A stretch of 64,000 nt of DNA from Candidatus Zixiibacteriota bacterium (GTDB lineage Bacteria; RBG-13-66-14; B26-G2; WVWN01): the NCBI GenBank assembly GCA_050117845.1, contig JASFLY010000001.1, positions 128,001 to 192,000 on the forward strand, given 5' to 3'. This document shows, piece after piece, positions 40,920 through 50,275 of this stretch. The notes beneath the pieces are model-generated. The model saw nothing but the letters and a program-made list of their open reading frames with translations, was not told the origin of the DNA and did no database searches. A program made the position numbers and the translations under genes. Within the stretch, counting starts at the first letter, position 1. Each line of letters opens with the position of its first letter.

Positions 40920-42623
40920 ATGCTACGTACGGCTGTAACAACCGGGCTGTTGATAATGGCCGCGCTGGCGGCGCAGGCCGGGGCCCAGGGAGAGAGCGTC
41001 AAGTATTTCCGGCACGTAACGGTGGACGGTAGGTACGACATCGTCGGGATGAACGAGATACCGGAGGAACGCGCTACCGGCATTAATTGCTATCGTTTCA
41101 TCTACGATGAAGCGGAACGGCCGACAGAAATCGTGTTAATTAAAGGAGGCCGGCCTTCGCCCGGGTCTTATTTCGGGGAGAAGGTCGCGAGCGCGAAAAT
41201 CGCGTACGGCGAAGGATTCGAACGACGTTTATACTACAACGCGGCGGGTATTCGGGTCCCGGACGCGGGCGAGGTTTTCGGCCGGGCTTTTAAGTTGGAC
41301 GCGAACGGCTACCGCGTGTCGATGACCAATCGCGATTCCCAGAATCGGCCCGCGTACGATAACGCGGGCGTCGTCCGATACGACTGGGAAGTAGACGGCA
41401 AAGGCCGTCGGACAACAGAAAAGCGGTTCGATAAGGTCGGGATTCAATTCGAGGATCAACTCGGCCGCTACGAAAGCCGTTGGGAATACGGTGAGACGGA
41501 TTACCCGACACGCGTCTCCTATTACGGCGAAGAAGGTAAACTAAGTGAAGACGAATTCGGGACGGCCGTCGAGGAGTTCGCGTACGACGCGGCCGGCAGG
41601 TTAATAGAAACCCGTTACCTCGGGGAGAAACGAAAACCGCGTTGCCGGCGAGGTATAATTCCGTCTTACGAATTCTGGGATTACTTCGTAACCCGGCGGC
41701 GGAACCTCGAGTATGCCGTCGAACGCCGGGAGTACGACAAGGACGGTTACCTGACGGCGGTATCGTATTTCGACGAGAAAGGGAACCCGGCGGAACGGGA
41801 GGATACCGGTACGGCCGTCGAGCGTTATACGTACGATGAACGGGGCAATCTGATAAAGGTTTCGTATTGCGGGAAGAACGGGAACCCCACGAAGTCGAAA
41901 CTGGACGGCGCGTGCGCCGTTAAAAACACTTTCGGCCCGTACGGCGATGCGATTACGACCGAATACTACGACGCGAAGGGCAAACCGACGAATAGATCGG
42001 AATACGGATGCGCCGGCATCCACACCTCTTACGATGAAGCCGGCAATATAATCGAGGAGAGATACTACGACCGCGACGGCGAACCGTCCGTTCGGAAAGA
42101 CGTCGGCAGCGTCGCGATGATACAATGGGACCGCGACGATTGCGGCCACGCCACCGAGGCCCGGTATTACGACTTAGACGGTAAACCAAAAGAAGTAAAA
42201 CGGTGCGCGAAAACGGTCATGAAACACGACGAATACGGGTACTTACTGGAAGAACGGTATTTCGATTGCGAAGGCGCCCCGACTAAAAAACGCGATTGGT
42301 TCTTCGAGTACGCCGCAGAATCGCGCGCATATGATGAAGCCAGGAACCTTGTCGAAACTTGCCGGTACGGCCCGGACGGAAAACTCCTCGGCGAAACGCT
42401 AACGAGTATCGCTATCGTACGCGCGGCCTACGACGCCCGGGGCCGTCTCGTACAATTCTCCTTTCACGACGAAGGCGGGAAATTAACGGATCATTATTTC
42501 GATTACGCTATTGCGCGTTTCGAATACGGAGAGGAAGATGGAAGGGAGGTCGTTAGAACGTTTTTTTACAACTGCTTGGATCAGATATTGGATATTGTCG
42601 ATTTCAAGTTAATAGAATACTAA
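40920..42623 (+). CDS. Secreted YD/RHS-like repeat protein
   Basis: SD GGAGGA, ATG at 40920, signal peptide (AGA-Q); many repeats of the form xYD.xG.(L/I)...Y.D..G.P. Confidence 0.85.
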   Translation: MLRTAVTTGLLIMAALAAQAGAQGESVKYFRHVTVDGRYDIVGMNEIPEERATGINCYRFIYDEAERPTEIVLIKGGRPSPGSYFGEKVASAKIAYGEGFERRLYYNAAGIRVPDAGEVFGRAFKLDANGYRVSMTNRDSQNRPAYDNAGVVRYDWEVDGKGRRTTEKRFDKVGIQFEDQLGRYESRWEYGETDYPTRVSYYGEEGKLSEDEFGTAVEEFAYDAAGRLIETRYLGEKRKPRCRRGIIPSYEFWDYFVTRRRNLEYAVERREYDKDGYLTAVSYFDEKGNPAEREDTGTAVERYTYDERGNLIKVSYCGKNGNPTKSKLDGACAVKNTFGPYGDAITTEYYDAKGKPTNRSEYGCAGIHTSYDEAGNIIEERYYDRDGEPSVRKDVGSVAMIQWDRDDCGHATEARYYDLDGKPKEVKRCAKTVMKHDEYGYLLEERYFDCEGAPTKKRDWFFEYAAESRAYDEARNLVETCRYGPDGKLLGETLTSIAIVRAAYDARGRLVQFSFHDEGGKLTDHYFDYAIARFEYGEEDGREVVRTFFYNCLDQILDIVDFKLIEY

Positions 42624-42635
42624 CAAACCGAAAGG

Positions 42636-42736
42636 CCAAGAAGGGCTTCTACGATTACGAATAGGGCGAGGTAAGGGCGTACAGCTGTACGCCCCTACGG
42701 TTAACGGTAAAAAACCCCGGCCGCGAGGCCGGGGTT
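42636..42736 (+). repeat. 101-bp direct repeat, copy 2 (orphan hbd tail + REP + terminator)
   Basis: Starts 13 nt after the YD gene stop; offset 1903 bp from copy 1. Confidence 0.95.
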
Positions 42737-42760
42737 ATCGTTTAACGAGTAGGGGAGGCG

Positions 42761-43930
42761 TCACTTCCCCATTTCGTGTTTCGCCATCAGGTACGTCGGG
42801 GAGGAGGTGACGTAGCCGCCGGCCTTCTCCGCGGCCTTCATCGCCGACCTGAAATGGTAAAACGCCTGGACGTCGTCGCCGTCGAACTTGTTCTTATACC
42901 CGATATAGCAGTGAGCGTCCGTCAGGGGTTGGCCTTCCCCTCCCGCTGCGGCTATCAGTTGCCCCGCCGTTATCTGGCCGGAGAAAAACCGCACGGCCGG
43001 GTAAGGCCACTCCCGGCAGTCGCCGCGGAGCGCCGGCCCCAGGGTCCCGCCGGCCTCGCGGCCCAGGCGCGCCTGGCTTATGTAGTAAGACAAATAATAG
43101 TACAAATCGTAGGTGTTAACGACGAACGGGTCCACCTCGACCGCCGTCTTGAAATGACCTGCGGCAATGCCGTAATCCCGCTGCAGGAACAGGGCGAGCC
43201 CTTTGTAATACCAGGCCCAGCGCTCCTCCCGGTCCGTCTCCAGGACGCGGTCGAAACACTCGGTCGCGGTTTCGTATTGCCCCTTATCCAGGAGAAATAT
43301 CCCCTTCATCCCCAACGCCCGGGAGTAATCCGGGTCGATCGACAGGGCTTGGTTAAGGCACTTCACGGCCTCCTTGTAATTCCCCATCAGGCGACAAGCT
43401 TCGCTTTTCGAAACCCAGGCTTCTTTATCGGCCGGGTTTACCTCGAGCACCTTATCGAAGTACGACAAGGCTTTCTTGTATGAACCCACCCGCGTATAAA
43501 TATCGCCCTTCGCGAGCCACGCGTCCGCGTACCCCGGCCTCAACTCGAGCGCCCGGTTCAAACACCCGAGCGCCCGGTCGTACTCGCCCATGATTCCCAG
43601 CGTCACTCCCCTGGTGTACCAGGCCCACGGGTCGCCGGGGTCCAGCGTGAGGGCGCTTTCGAACGACGCCAGGGCCTTATCGTACTCGCCCAACCGGGCC
43701 AACGAGTAACCCCGGTTGCACCAGTTCTTCACGTTCTCCGGATCCGCGGCCAACGCCTCGTCGTAAGCCTCGACCGCCTCCGCGTAATCGCCGTCCTCGA
43801 GGTAACCCTCGGCCGCGGCCGTATAAAACTTCGCCTTCAACGACGCACACGCGCCGCAGCACCCCGAAACGGCAACTACGACCGTGACCAGAGCCGCGCC
43901 GACGAACAGGTAACCCGGTTTAACTTTCAT
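42761..43930 (-). CDS. TPR lipoprotein with NlpI-like C-terminus
   Basis: Lipobox VSGC, about seven TPRs, WPYPAVRFFSGQIT...DAHCYIG; start reassigned to ATG at 43930 after GGAGGA. Confidence 0.82.
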   Translation of the reverse strand: MKVKPGYLFVGAALVTVVVAVSGCCGACASLKAKFYTAAAEGYLEDGDYAEAVEAYDEALAADPENVKNWCNRGYSLARLGEYDKALASFESALTLDPGDPWAWYTRGVTLGIMGEYDRALGCLNRALELRPGYADAWLAKGDIYTRVGSYKKALSYFDKVLEVNPADKEAWVSKSEACRLMGNYKEAVKCLNQALSIDPDYSRALGMKGIFLLDKGQYETATECFDRVLETDREERWAWYYKGLALFLQRDYGIAAGHFKTAVEVDPFVVNTYDLYYYLSYYISQARLGREAGGTLGPALRGDCREWPYPAVRFFSGQITAGQLIAAAGGEGQPLTDAHCYIGYKNKFDGDDVQAFYHFRSAMKAAEKAGGYVTSSPTYLMAKHEMGK

Positions 43931-44070
43931 ACCGTCCTCCGCTTTCAATCGTCTCCGACTATACGTAACGATAACAGTATCAAGAAGCCGATACCCTCTC
44001 AACCTAACTATAATACACCTTCGCGACATAAAATGCAAACGCGTTCCCGGCCGCCGGTACCGCCGCCCCC

Positions 44071-44106
44071 AAAAAACCCGGCCGCGAGGCCGGGGTTACT
44101 TTAACG
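44071..44106 (-). terminator. Third copy of the CCGGCC-GCGA-GGCCGG terminator
   Basis: AAAAAACCCGGCCGCGAGGCCGGGGTTACTTTAACG immediately after the EEP gene stop. Confidence 0.8.
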
Positions 44107-44113
44107 CTTAACG

Positions 44114-45175
44114 TTATTTCCCCAACCGCTTCAAGTATTCCTCGCTGAAATCTATCTTGAGTTCCACCCACAGCGGCGGGTGGTCGGACATCTGGTATGT
44201 CCGCCATCTTTTATAAAGTTTGTATTTACCCATCAGGGGCCGGTATACGTCCTCCTCGTCGTCCCGGTAAACCCAGTCGAAGAAGTCGAAAACGCCGGCG
44301 TTCGGATGGCTGTCGCCGAGTTCCAACTTGCGCTTCCGGGGCTTAAAAGCGATCTGGTCGTAGAAATGGTCCCGCTTCAGTTTGTCGCTGTCGAGTAGTC
44401 CGTTCGGGACCTCGAAGCCGTTACTCGTAAGCGCATCCATAGTAGCGTGGGTGAGGCCGTGTATATTGAAATCGCCCAGGAGGATGTAGTGATAACCCTC
44501 GTCGATACCCTTCTTGATCTCGTCGTCGGCCCTTTCGGAAAGGAACGTCGCTAACTTCTCAATTTCCTGGCGCCGGTGCTCGAGACCCCGACGGCTTTTA
44601 TCGTCCCAGAAAATATGGACGGTACACAACTTGAACCGGAGCCACCCCGCCTGAAACGCCACTACAAACGGCGACCTCACGAACTGGCGCTTCTGCACTT
44701 TCCCCTGCTTTTTGCCCTCACCGGGTTTGGGCGTATAGGTGATGAGCGTATCGGCCGGGAGCACGATTTCGCCGGCCTCGTTCTTGAACCACACCTTGCG
44801 TTTGTCGTAAAGGAACGCCATCCGTTCCTTGTTGCCGCCCTCCTGTTTGTTCACGTCGGTCACGACGAAATCCCACTCCGGCCCCAGGATCTTTTTTAAA
44901 CGACGCAACGCCGTCAGGTCCTCCCGGACTTCCTGAATCGCGATTACGTCGAACGCGGAGGCGATCTCCGCGAGGTAGAAGATTGCTTCCTGGGACCTTA
45001 TGCCGTAACCCGGGGAATCGAACTCCCGGATGTTCCAGGTCGCCAGCAGGAGCGTTTCGTCCACCGTCTTCCGCGGGACCTCCGCCCTAAGCGCCTTACG
45101 TAATTGGATCAGCTTCCGCGTTACGCGCTCCCTGGTCTCGGCGTTGTACCTTTTTAAAGGATAATAGTACGGCAT
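44114..45175 (-). CDS. Endonuclease/exonuclease/phosphatase (DNase I-like) protein
   Basis: ATWNIREF, IAIQEV, ILLGDFNI, YDQI, MSDHPP. Confidence 0.9.
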   Translation of the reverse strand: MPYYYPLKRYNAETRERVTRKLIQLRKALRAEVPRKTVDETLLLATWNIREFDSPGYGIRSQEAIFYLAEIASAFDVIAIQEVREDLTALRRLKKILGPEWDFVVTDVNKQEGGNKERMAFLYDKRKVWFKNEAGEIVLPADTLITYTPKPGEGKKQGKVQKRQFVRSPFVVAFQAGWLRFKLCTVHIFWDDKSRRGLEHRRQEIEKLATFLSERADDEIKKGIDEGYHYILLGDFNIHGLTHATMDALTSNGFEVPNGLLDSDKLKRDHFYDQIAFKPRKRKLELGDSHPNAGVFDFFDWVYRDDEEDVYRPLMGKYKLYKRWRTYQMSDHPPLWVELKIDFSEEYLKRLGK

Positions 45176-45403
45176 CCCGTTTTACCTCCTTGGATATTGG
45201 CCCCTTACCATATACCGGTTAAATATCGTCCCGACAATCCACCCCAATTAGACGTAGACCGTTTTGCCTCTCATCAAGCTAACACATAGCATACTACGAT
45301 ATTATATTCAACGCTTTACAATGACCGCCGTTAATACGGACAGGATGGCCCCCGGACCCATTTATTATTAATTTACGCGCACCTCAATCCGCGCCGTTTC
45401 CCC

Positions 45404-45820
45404 TTAGCCCAGCCGCTTGCCCATACTCACGCGGTCCTCGACAGCGTAGCCGAGTCGCTCGTAGAAGGCCACGACCCCCTCGTTCGACGCCCGGACCTGA
45501 AGGTTGACCTTATTGCACCCCATCTCCCGCAAGTCTTCCTCGACCCGCGCCATGAGGGCGGCGCCGAAGCCCCGGCGCCGGTATGTCGGCCTCACGGCGA
45601 CGGTGTAGACCCAACCGCGGTGGCCGTCGTACCCGCCCATGGCCGTCCCGACGATTTCCCCACCCTCCGCCGCCACGAAGAAGAGTTCCCGCTGGACGTC
45701 GAGCTTCCGGCCTATGACCTCTTCCGGGACGTTGTGCGCCGGCTCGTCGGGGAAGACCTCCCGCCAGAGCGCCGCGACCGCGGCCTCGTCGTTCTCCTCG
45801 TAGGGCCGAATCTCCATCAT
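45404..45820 (-). CDS. GNAT acetyltransferase (YpeA-like)
   Basis: MGGYDGHRGWVY.AV.P.YRRRG, KVNLQVR, FYERLGY. Confidence 0.92.
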   Translation of the reverse strand: MMEIRPYEENDEAAVAALWREVFPDEPAHNVPEEVIGRKLDVQRELFFVAAEGGEIVGTAMGGYDGHRGWVYTVAVRPTYRRRGFGAALMARVEEDLREMGCNKVNLQVRASNEGVVAFYERLGYAVEDRVSMGKRLG

Positions 45821-45838
45821 CTTCCTCCTCGCGTAACG

Positions 45839-46906
45839 TTACGCTCCCCCCTCGGGATTAATCCGGTATCTCAGGAGCGCGCCGACGTGGCCCCCCCGGG
45901 CCAGCGCGTCGTCCTCGGCGCCCGCGACGAATTCGACGTGGGCGCCCGTCACCTCGGCGAGGCTCGCCAGCTTCTCCACGACCTCGGGCGCGCCGGGCGC
46001 CGCGTGGTAAAAATCCTTGCCGACGAGCACGGTGTCGACGGCCCCCATCTGCAGAGCCCGTTCCGCGGCCTCGGCCCCGGCGACGGCCAGGCCGCCCCGC
46101 CGCATCTCCCCCGCGTAACGCCGTAGGAGTTCCGCTTCCTCTTCCCGTTCCGCTTCCTCGAGCGCGGGCCGAATCTTCGCGAGCAATTCGTCCTCGCTCC
46201 CGTCGAGGTCCCAGCGCACCGAGGCTATTACCCGCTCCCGCCACGCCGCCGGAAGCTCCTCCTCCACCGCCGCCACCATGCGGTCGCGGCCGGCGAGCAG
46301 GAGGCGGTCCACGCCCTCGGCCGCGAATATCTCTTCCGCCCGGGACGCGACTTCGCCCGCGAAGCGTTCGACCTCCTTCGCCCGGCGCCGCTGGTACCGC
46401 ATCTGCGACCACCCGCCCACCTTCGAGAGGTGGTGGATCTTCTCGCGAAACGACGCCGCTTCCTCGGCCACCCGCCCGGCGGCGACGTACACTTTCGCCC
46501 CGGACGCGTCCACGGTTATGATCCCCACGGGTTGGTACTCGTCCAGTTGGAGCGCGAGCGGCGCGATTACCGCCTCGTCGTCGACGGCGAGCAGCGGCTC
46601 CGGCGGCATAACGAGTTCGACGCCGCGGGTGAAGTCGGCACCCAGGTCGGCGAAGAAGGCCAGGCCCGGGACCGCGTACCCCTTGGCCTTTTCCTCTTTG
46701 ATGTAATCGGACAGGAATTCCAGCGAGCCTTCGAAGTAATCCCGTTCCTCTTTATCCAGAAACGGCGACAGGCGGGACGCTTCTTTCTCGGCAAAGGCCG
46801 TCGCGGCGTCCCAACCGTCCGCCAGCGTTAGGTACGCGGACAGGACCGTCCGGTCGGTTTGGGTCAGTCGGGCGAGTTCGTGTATCACGTCGTCGGTCAA
46901 TTTCAT
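45839..46906 (-). CDS. Bacterial eRF1/Vms1-like release factor (baeRF-type)
   Basis: KVGGWSQMRYQRRR in the central RNase H-like domain; C-terminal L7Ae-like ALQMGAVDTVLV...VEFV...GGHVGALLRY. Confidence 0.85.
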   Translation of the reverse strand: MKLTDDVIHELARLTQTDRTVLSAYLTLADGWDAATAFAEKEASRLSPFLDKEERDYFEGSLEFLSDYIKEEKAKGYAVPGLAFFADLGADFTRGVELVMPPEPLLAVDDEAVIAPLALQLDEYQPVGIITVDASGAKVYVAAGRVAEEAASFREKIHHLSKVGGWSQMRYQRRRAKEVERFAGEVASRAEEIFAAEGVDRLLLAGRDRMVAAVEEELPAAWRERVIASVRWDLDGSEDELLAKIRPALEEAEREEEAELLRRYAGEMRRGGLAVAGAEAAERALQMGAVDTVLVGKDFYHAAPGAPEVVEKLASLAEVTGAHVEFVAGAEDDALARGGHVGALLRYRINPEGGA

Positions 46907-46927
46907 AATATTCCCTTCCGCGTTAAC

Positions 46928-47623
46928 TCAGCCGACCAGCGCCAGGATTTCGGTGAGCGCCGAGATGCGGGGGCCGTCCCACTCGTCCGCGTCCCGGCGG
47001 AAGGCGCCCGCGTCGTCGGCCGGGCGGATCATCAGCGCGTCCATCCCGACCGCCTCGGCGCCCGTGAGTTCGCGGCTGCCGCCGTCGCCGACGTAGAGGC
47101 AGGCGCCGGCCTCGACGCCCAGGCCGTCGGTCGCCAGGCCGTAAATCTCCGGCGACGGTTTCTTCAGGCCGACCTCGGCGGAGAGAATGGCCACGTCGAA
47201 ATGGGCCGCCAACTCGCTACCCGGCCAGGCCTCGACGACCTCCTCCGAGCAGTCGCTTATCAACGCCAATTTGAAACCGCGCTCCCGAAGCGCCGCGAGC
47301 GTCGCCACGGCGTCGTCGCGGGGAACCAGGACGCGCCGCACGAAGTCGACGCGCATCGCGGCCGCTCGCTCCACCTGTTCGGCCGTAACGTCCACGCCGA
47401 GGTCCCGACAGAGCCGGAACAGGCTGTCCCGCACGGTGACCTCGCCGCGGGTCCGGGCGTCGGCCTTCTCGTCCCAGCGGGCCATGAAGTCCGCCGGCGC
47501 CACGCCCAGCACCTCGCACATCTCGTCGACCAGCGCCTCGTATTCCCGCATCGAGAATATCTCCACCAGCGTCCCGAAGAGGTCGAAGATCACCGCCCGA
47601 TATTTAGTGTCCGAATTACTCAT
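46928..47623 (-). CDS. HAD-superfamily hydrolase
   Basis: IFDLFGTL, LISD, KKP.P.IY, YVGDG. Confidence 0.9.
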   Translation of the reverse strand: MSNSDTKYRAVIFDLFGTLVEIFSMREYEALVDEMCEVLGVAPADFMARWDEKADARTRGEVTVRDSLFRLCRDLGVDVTAEQVERAAAMRVDFVRRVLVPRDDAVATLAALRERGFKLALISDCSEEVVEAWPGSELAAHFDVAILSAEVGLKKPSPEIYGLATDGLGVEAGACLYVGDGGSRELTGAEAVGMDALMIRPADDAGAFRRDADEWDGPRISALTEILALVG

Positions 47624-47653
47624 GCGTGCCCGGCCTTTCTTTTTTGGATTATA

Positions 47654-48511
47654 TTACCCGGCGTCCGCGGCGCCGAGGTCGAAGACGTCGAGGTCGCGGC
47701 CGAACGCCATGTCGCCGCCGTAGCCCTCGCGGACCTCGGCCAACAGCTCCTCCTCGCCGACGCCCCAGAGTAGCTGGTGATACAGGACCAGTAATTTCGG
47801 CTCGGCGCGGGAGGCTAACTCGGCCAGCTCCCGGGAAGACGTGTGGACCGCGGCGTGGTAGCGTTGCCACTCGGCCGGGAGCGAATCGAACGCCGCGGCG
47901 GAGTATACCTCGTGGACGAGGATATCACACCTCCGGCTCTTCTCGATCATCATTTCCGTGGGCGCGCTGTCGCCCGAGATGACGACGCTTCCGGCCGGCG
48001 TGTGGAACCTGTAACCGTACGCGGCCCACGAGCCGTGGTCCACGGCGAACGCCTCCACCTCTACGTTGTCGTCCCGGTAGACGACGCCCGGCTCGACCTC
48101 GTGCGGGACGACCCGCCAGCCGGTATCGTTCGCGGGCTCGAGGCCGCCGAGGCGTTCCCGTACGTCCGCGTCGTACGCGGCCCGGACGTGCTCCGTCAAG
48201 GCCGCGAGGCCCGGCGGCCCGTACACCTCCAGCGGCTCGGCGCGCTCCAGCGTCCACGGCGTGAGTACCAGGTCCGGGTATCCCGCGCAGTGGTCCGAGT
48301 GGAGGTGGGTCAAAAAGGCCCGGGTGAGGCTTTTGGGATCCAACCCCGCGGCGACGGCGCGCCGCACGACGCCCGGGCCGAAGTCGACGACATAGGGCGC
48401 CCCCCCGGCGACGACCGCGACGGCGGGGCCGGAGCGGTTCGGCTCCGCGTTGGGCGTGCCGGTCCCGAGGAGGACTAACCTCGTTTGAGCTTTACCCTTT
48501 TCTTTGACCAC
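47654..48511 (-). CDS. MBL-fold metallohydrolase (RNase Z-like)
   Basis: LLGTGTP, THLHSDH, ISGD, LVHE, LYH; start approximate. Confidence 0.88.
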   Translation of the reverse strand: MVKEKGKAQTRLVLLGTGTPNAEPNRSGPAVAVVAGGAPYVVDFGPGVVRRAVAAGLDPKSLTRAFLTHLHSDHCAGYPDLVLTPWTLERAEPLEVYGPPGLAALTEHVRAAYDADVRERLGGLEPANDTGWRVVPHEVEPGVVYRDDNVEVEAFAVDHGSWAAYGYRFHTPAGSVVISGDSAPTEMMIEKSRRCDILVHEVYSAAAFDSLPAEWQRYHAAVHTSSRELAELASRAEPKLLVLYHQLLWGVGEEELLAEVREGYGGDMAFGRDLDVFDLGAADAG

Positions 48512-48581
48512 AGCGTTTCTCGGGCCGCGCCCCGGCACGGGACGTTAAAGGCCGCCGAACGCCCCGCGCATTACCCACAGG

Positions 48582-49007
48582 TTAAGCGTCGAGGCCTCCG
48601 GCAACGCGGGGGACGACACGCCCCGCGGCGTAGGCCACGGCCAGCGCCAGCACGTTCGTGGGCGCCTGGAACAACCACGTATAATAGATATTCGAGAACG
48701 ACGTCAGGTACCCCTGCGTGGCGTAGTGCAACGGCACGAAGATAACCGGCAGCCACGCGAGCGACGCGACACAGGTCCCGACGTACGCTGCACGGCCGCG
48801 AAGGCGCAAGCGATCCCCGGCGAAACGCGCCGCCGGGACGTACCACAACCCGAAGCCAACGACCGAAAGCAAAACCGCCGCGGGCAACTGGGCAGCGAGC
48901 TGGTGCGATATCCCCGACATTTTATAGAACGCGAAACCGACGAGGACGGCGCCGACGTTGACGGCCGTTAACGCTAAACCGTGGAATAATATCTTAAATA
49001 GTCTCAT
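48582..49007 (-). CDS. Hypothetical membrane protein (four TMs)
   Basis: 141-aa hydrophobic ORF in the co-oriented gene run. Confidence 0.65.
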   Translation of the reverse strand: MRLFKILFHGLALTAVNVGAVLVGFAFYKMSGISHQLAAQLPAAVLLSVVGFGLWYVPAARFAGDRLRLRGRAAYVGTCVASLAWLPVIFVPLHYATQGYLTSFSNIYYTWLFQAPTNVLALAVAYAAGRVVPRVAGGLDA

Positions 49008-49030
49008 GGATAATTAGTAGCCTTAAGCCG

Positions 49031-49417
49031 TTACCGTTTCGCCGGCTTTATCGAGACGATGTGTATCGTAACCGCCACCGCGACGACGACGAGGACTATG
49101 CGGATCACGACGTTCGATACGGCGAAACAGGCCGAGCTGAGTATTACGACCCACAACAGCGCAATGGAAAATACCTTGACGCCGGGGCGGATCCCCCGGC
49201 CTTCCCGGTAGTCCCGCACGTAGACGCCGAACAGCCTGTTGCCGACGAGCCAGTTGTAGAAGCGGTCGGAACTCCGCGCGAAGCAGGCCGCCGCCAGCAG
49301 GAGGAACGGCGTCGTCGGCAGGATGGGCAGGAAGACGCCCGCGGCGCCGAGGCCCAGGCTGGCGAAGCCGGCGACCACGAGTAGTCGTTTGACGTATGGT
49401 TTCGTCGGTTTTACCAT
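49031..49417 (-). CDS. YbaN/DUF454 membrane protein
   Basis: LPILPTTPFLLLAAACFARSS..F.NWL. Confidence 0.9.
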   Translation of the reverse strand: MVKPTKPYVKRLLVVAGFASLGLGAAGVFLPILPTTPFLLLAAACFARSSDRFYNWLVGNRLFGVYVRDYREGRGIRPGVKVFSIALLWVVILSSACFAVSNVVIRIVLVVVAVAVTIHIVSIKPAKR

Positions 49418-49444
49418 CGAGGCGAAAGAACCACGCTGTAAGGA

Positions 49445-50275
49445 TCAGTGCCGATAAAAGCCGCCCGGCGGCAGGCCGAACTCCCGTATCAATTCGTTGA
49501 ACTCCCGTTCCACGCCGTCCCAGTAGGCCGGCGAGCGGGCGTCCTTCCAGAAGGCCCGAAAGCGCGCCGGGCCGTCGGGCAGCTTCTCGAACGCCGCCGA
49601 CAGCCGGGGCCAATCCGCCGCCCGCACGTTCAACGTCTCGGCGCTCACGCCGGCCGCGTACTCGTGGACCTCCCGGAATATGGAACGCAGGTCCGTGAGG
49701 CCCGGTAGTATGGGGCTGATGAAGACGCCCGTAGGAACGCCGTTCTCGCGAAGTTCGCGCAAGGCGGCGAGGCGCCGCGTCGGCGAGGCCGCCCCCGGCT
49801 CGATTACCGCGGCCGCGCCGTCGTCCACGCCGCCCAGGGAAAACTCCACGCGGCAACGCTCCATGCCGCGGAGGACGTCGACGTCGCGGGCCACGAGGTC
49901 CGACTTCGTGAGGACCGTGACGTCGAGCGGCGAGGCCGCCAGGGCCCGGAGGATACCCGGCATCAACTCGTATTTCCGCTCGAGCGGCTGGTAGGCGTCG
50001 GTCACGCTGGCGATGACGACGTGGCCTCCCGGGTTCCGCATCGACGCGAGCCGTTTTTGCAGAAGCTGGGGCGCGTTGACTTTGACGTCGACGAAGTCGC
50101 CCCACGGCTCCTCGTGACCCGTGAACCGTTTCATGAAGCGAGCGTAACAATAAACGCAGGCGTGGGCGCAACCGGCGTACGGATTGACGGCGAAGTCCAC
50201 CCCCGGGATGTTGCTCTTGTTCAAAACCGAGCGGGCGGCGACCTCCCGCACGGCTACGGCGCGGCTTCCGCTCAC
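49445..50275 (-). CDS. Radical SAM protein, spore photoproduct lyase-like family
   Basis: NPYAGCAHACVYCYA, VTDAYQPLE, LTKS, EPGA; GTGA overlap start at 50275. Confidence 0.88.
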   Translation of the reverse strand: MSGSRAVAVREVAARSVLNKSNIPGVDFAVNPYAGCAHACVYCYARFMKRFTGHEEPWGDFVDVKVNAPQLLQKRLASMRNPGGHVVIASVTDAYQPLERKYELMPGILRALAASPLDVTVLTKSDLVARDVDVLRGMERCRVEFSLGGVDDGAAAVIEPGAASPTRRLAALRELRENGVPTGVFISPILPGLTDLRSIFREVHEYAAGVSAETLNVRAADWPRLSAAFEKLPDGPARFRAFWKDARSPAYWDGVEREFNELIREFGLPPGGFYRH

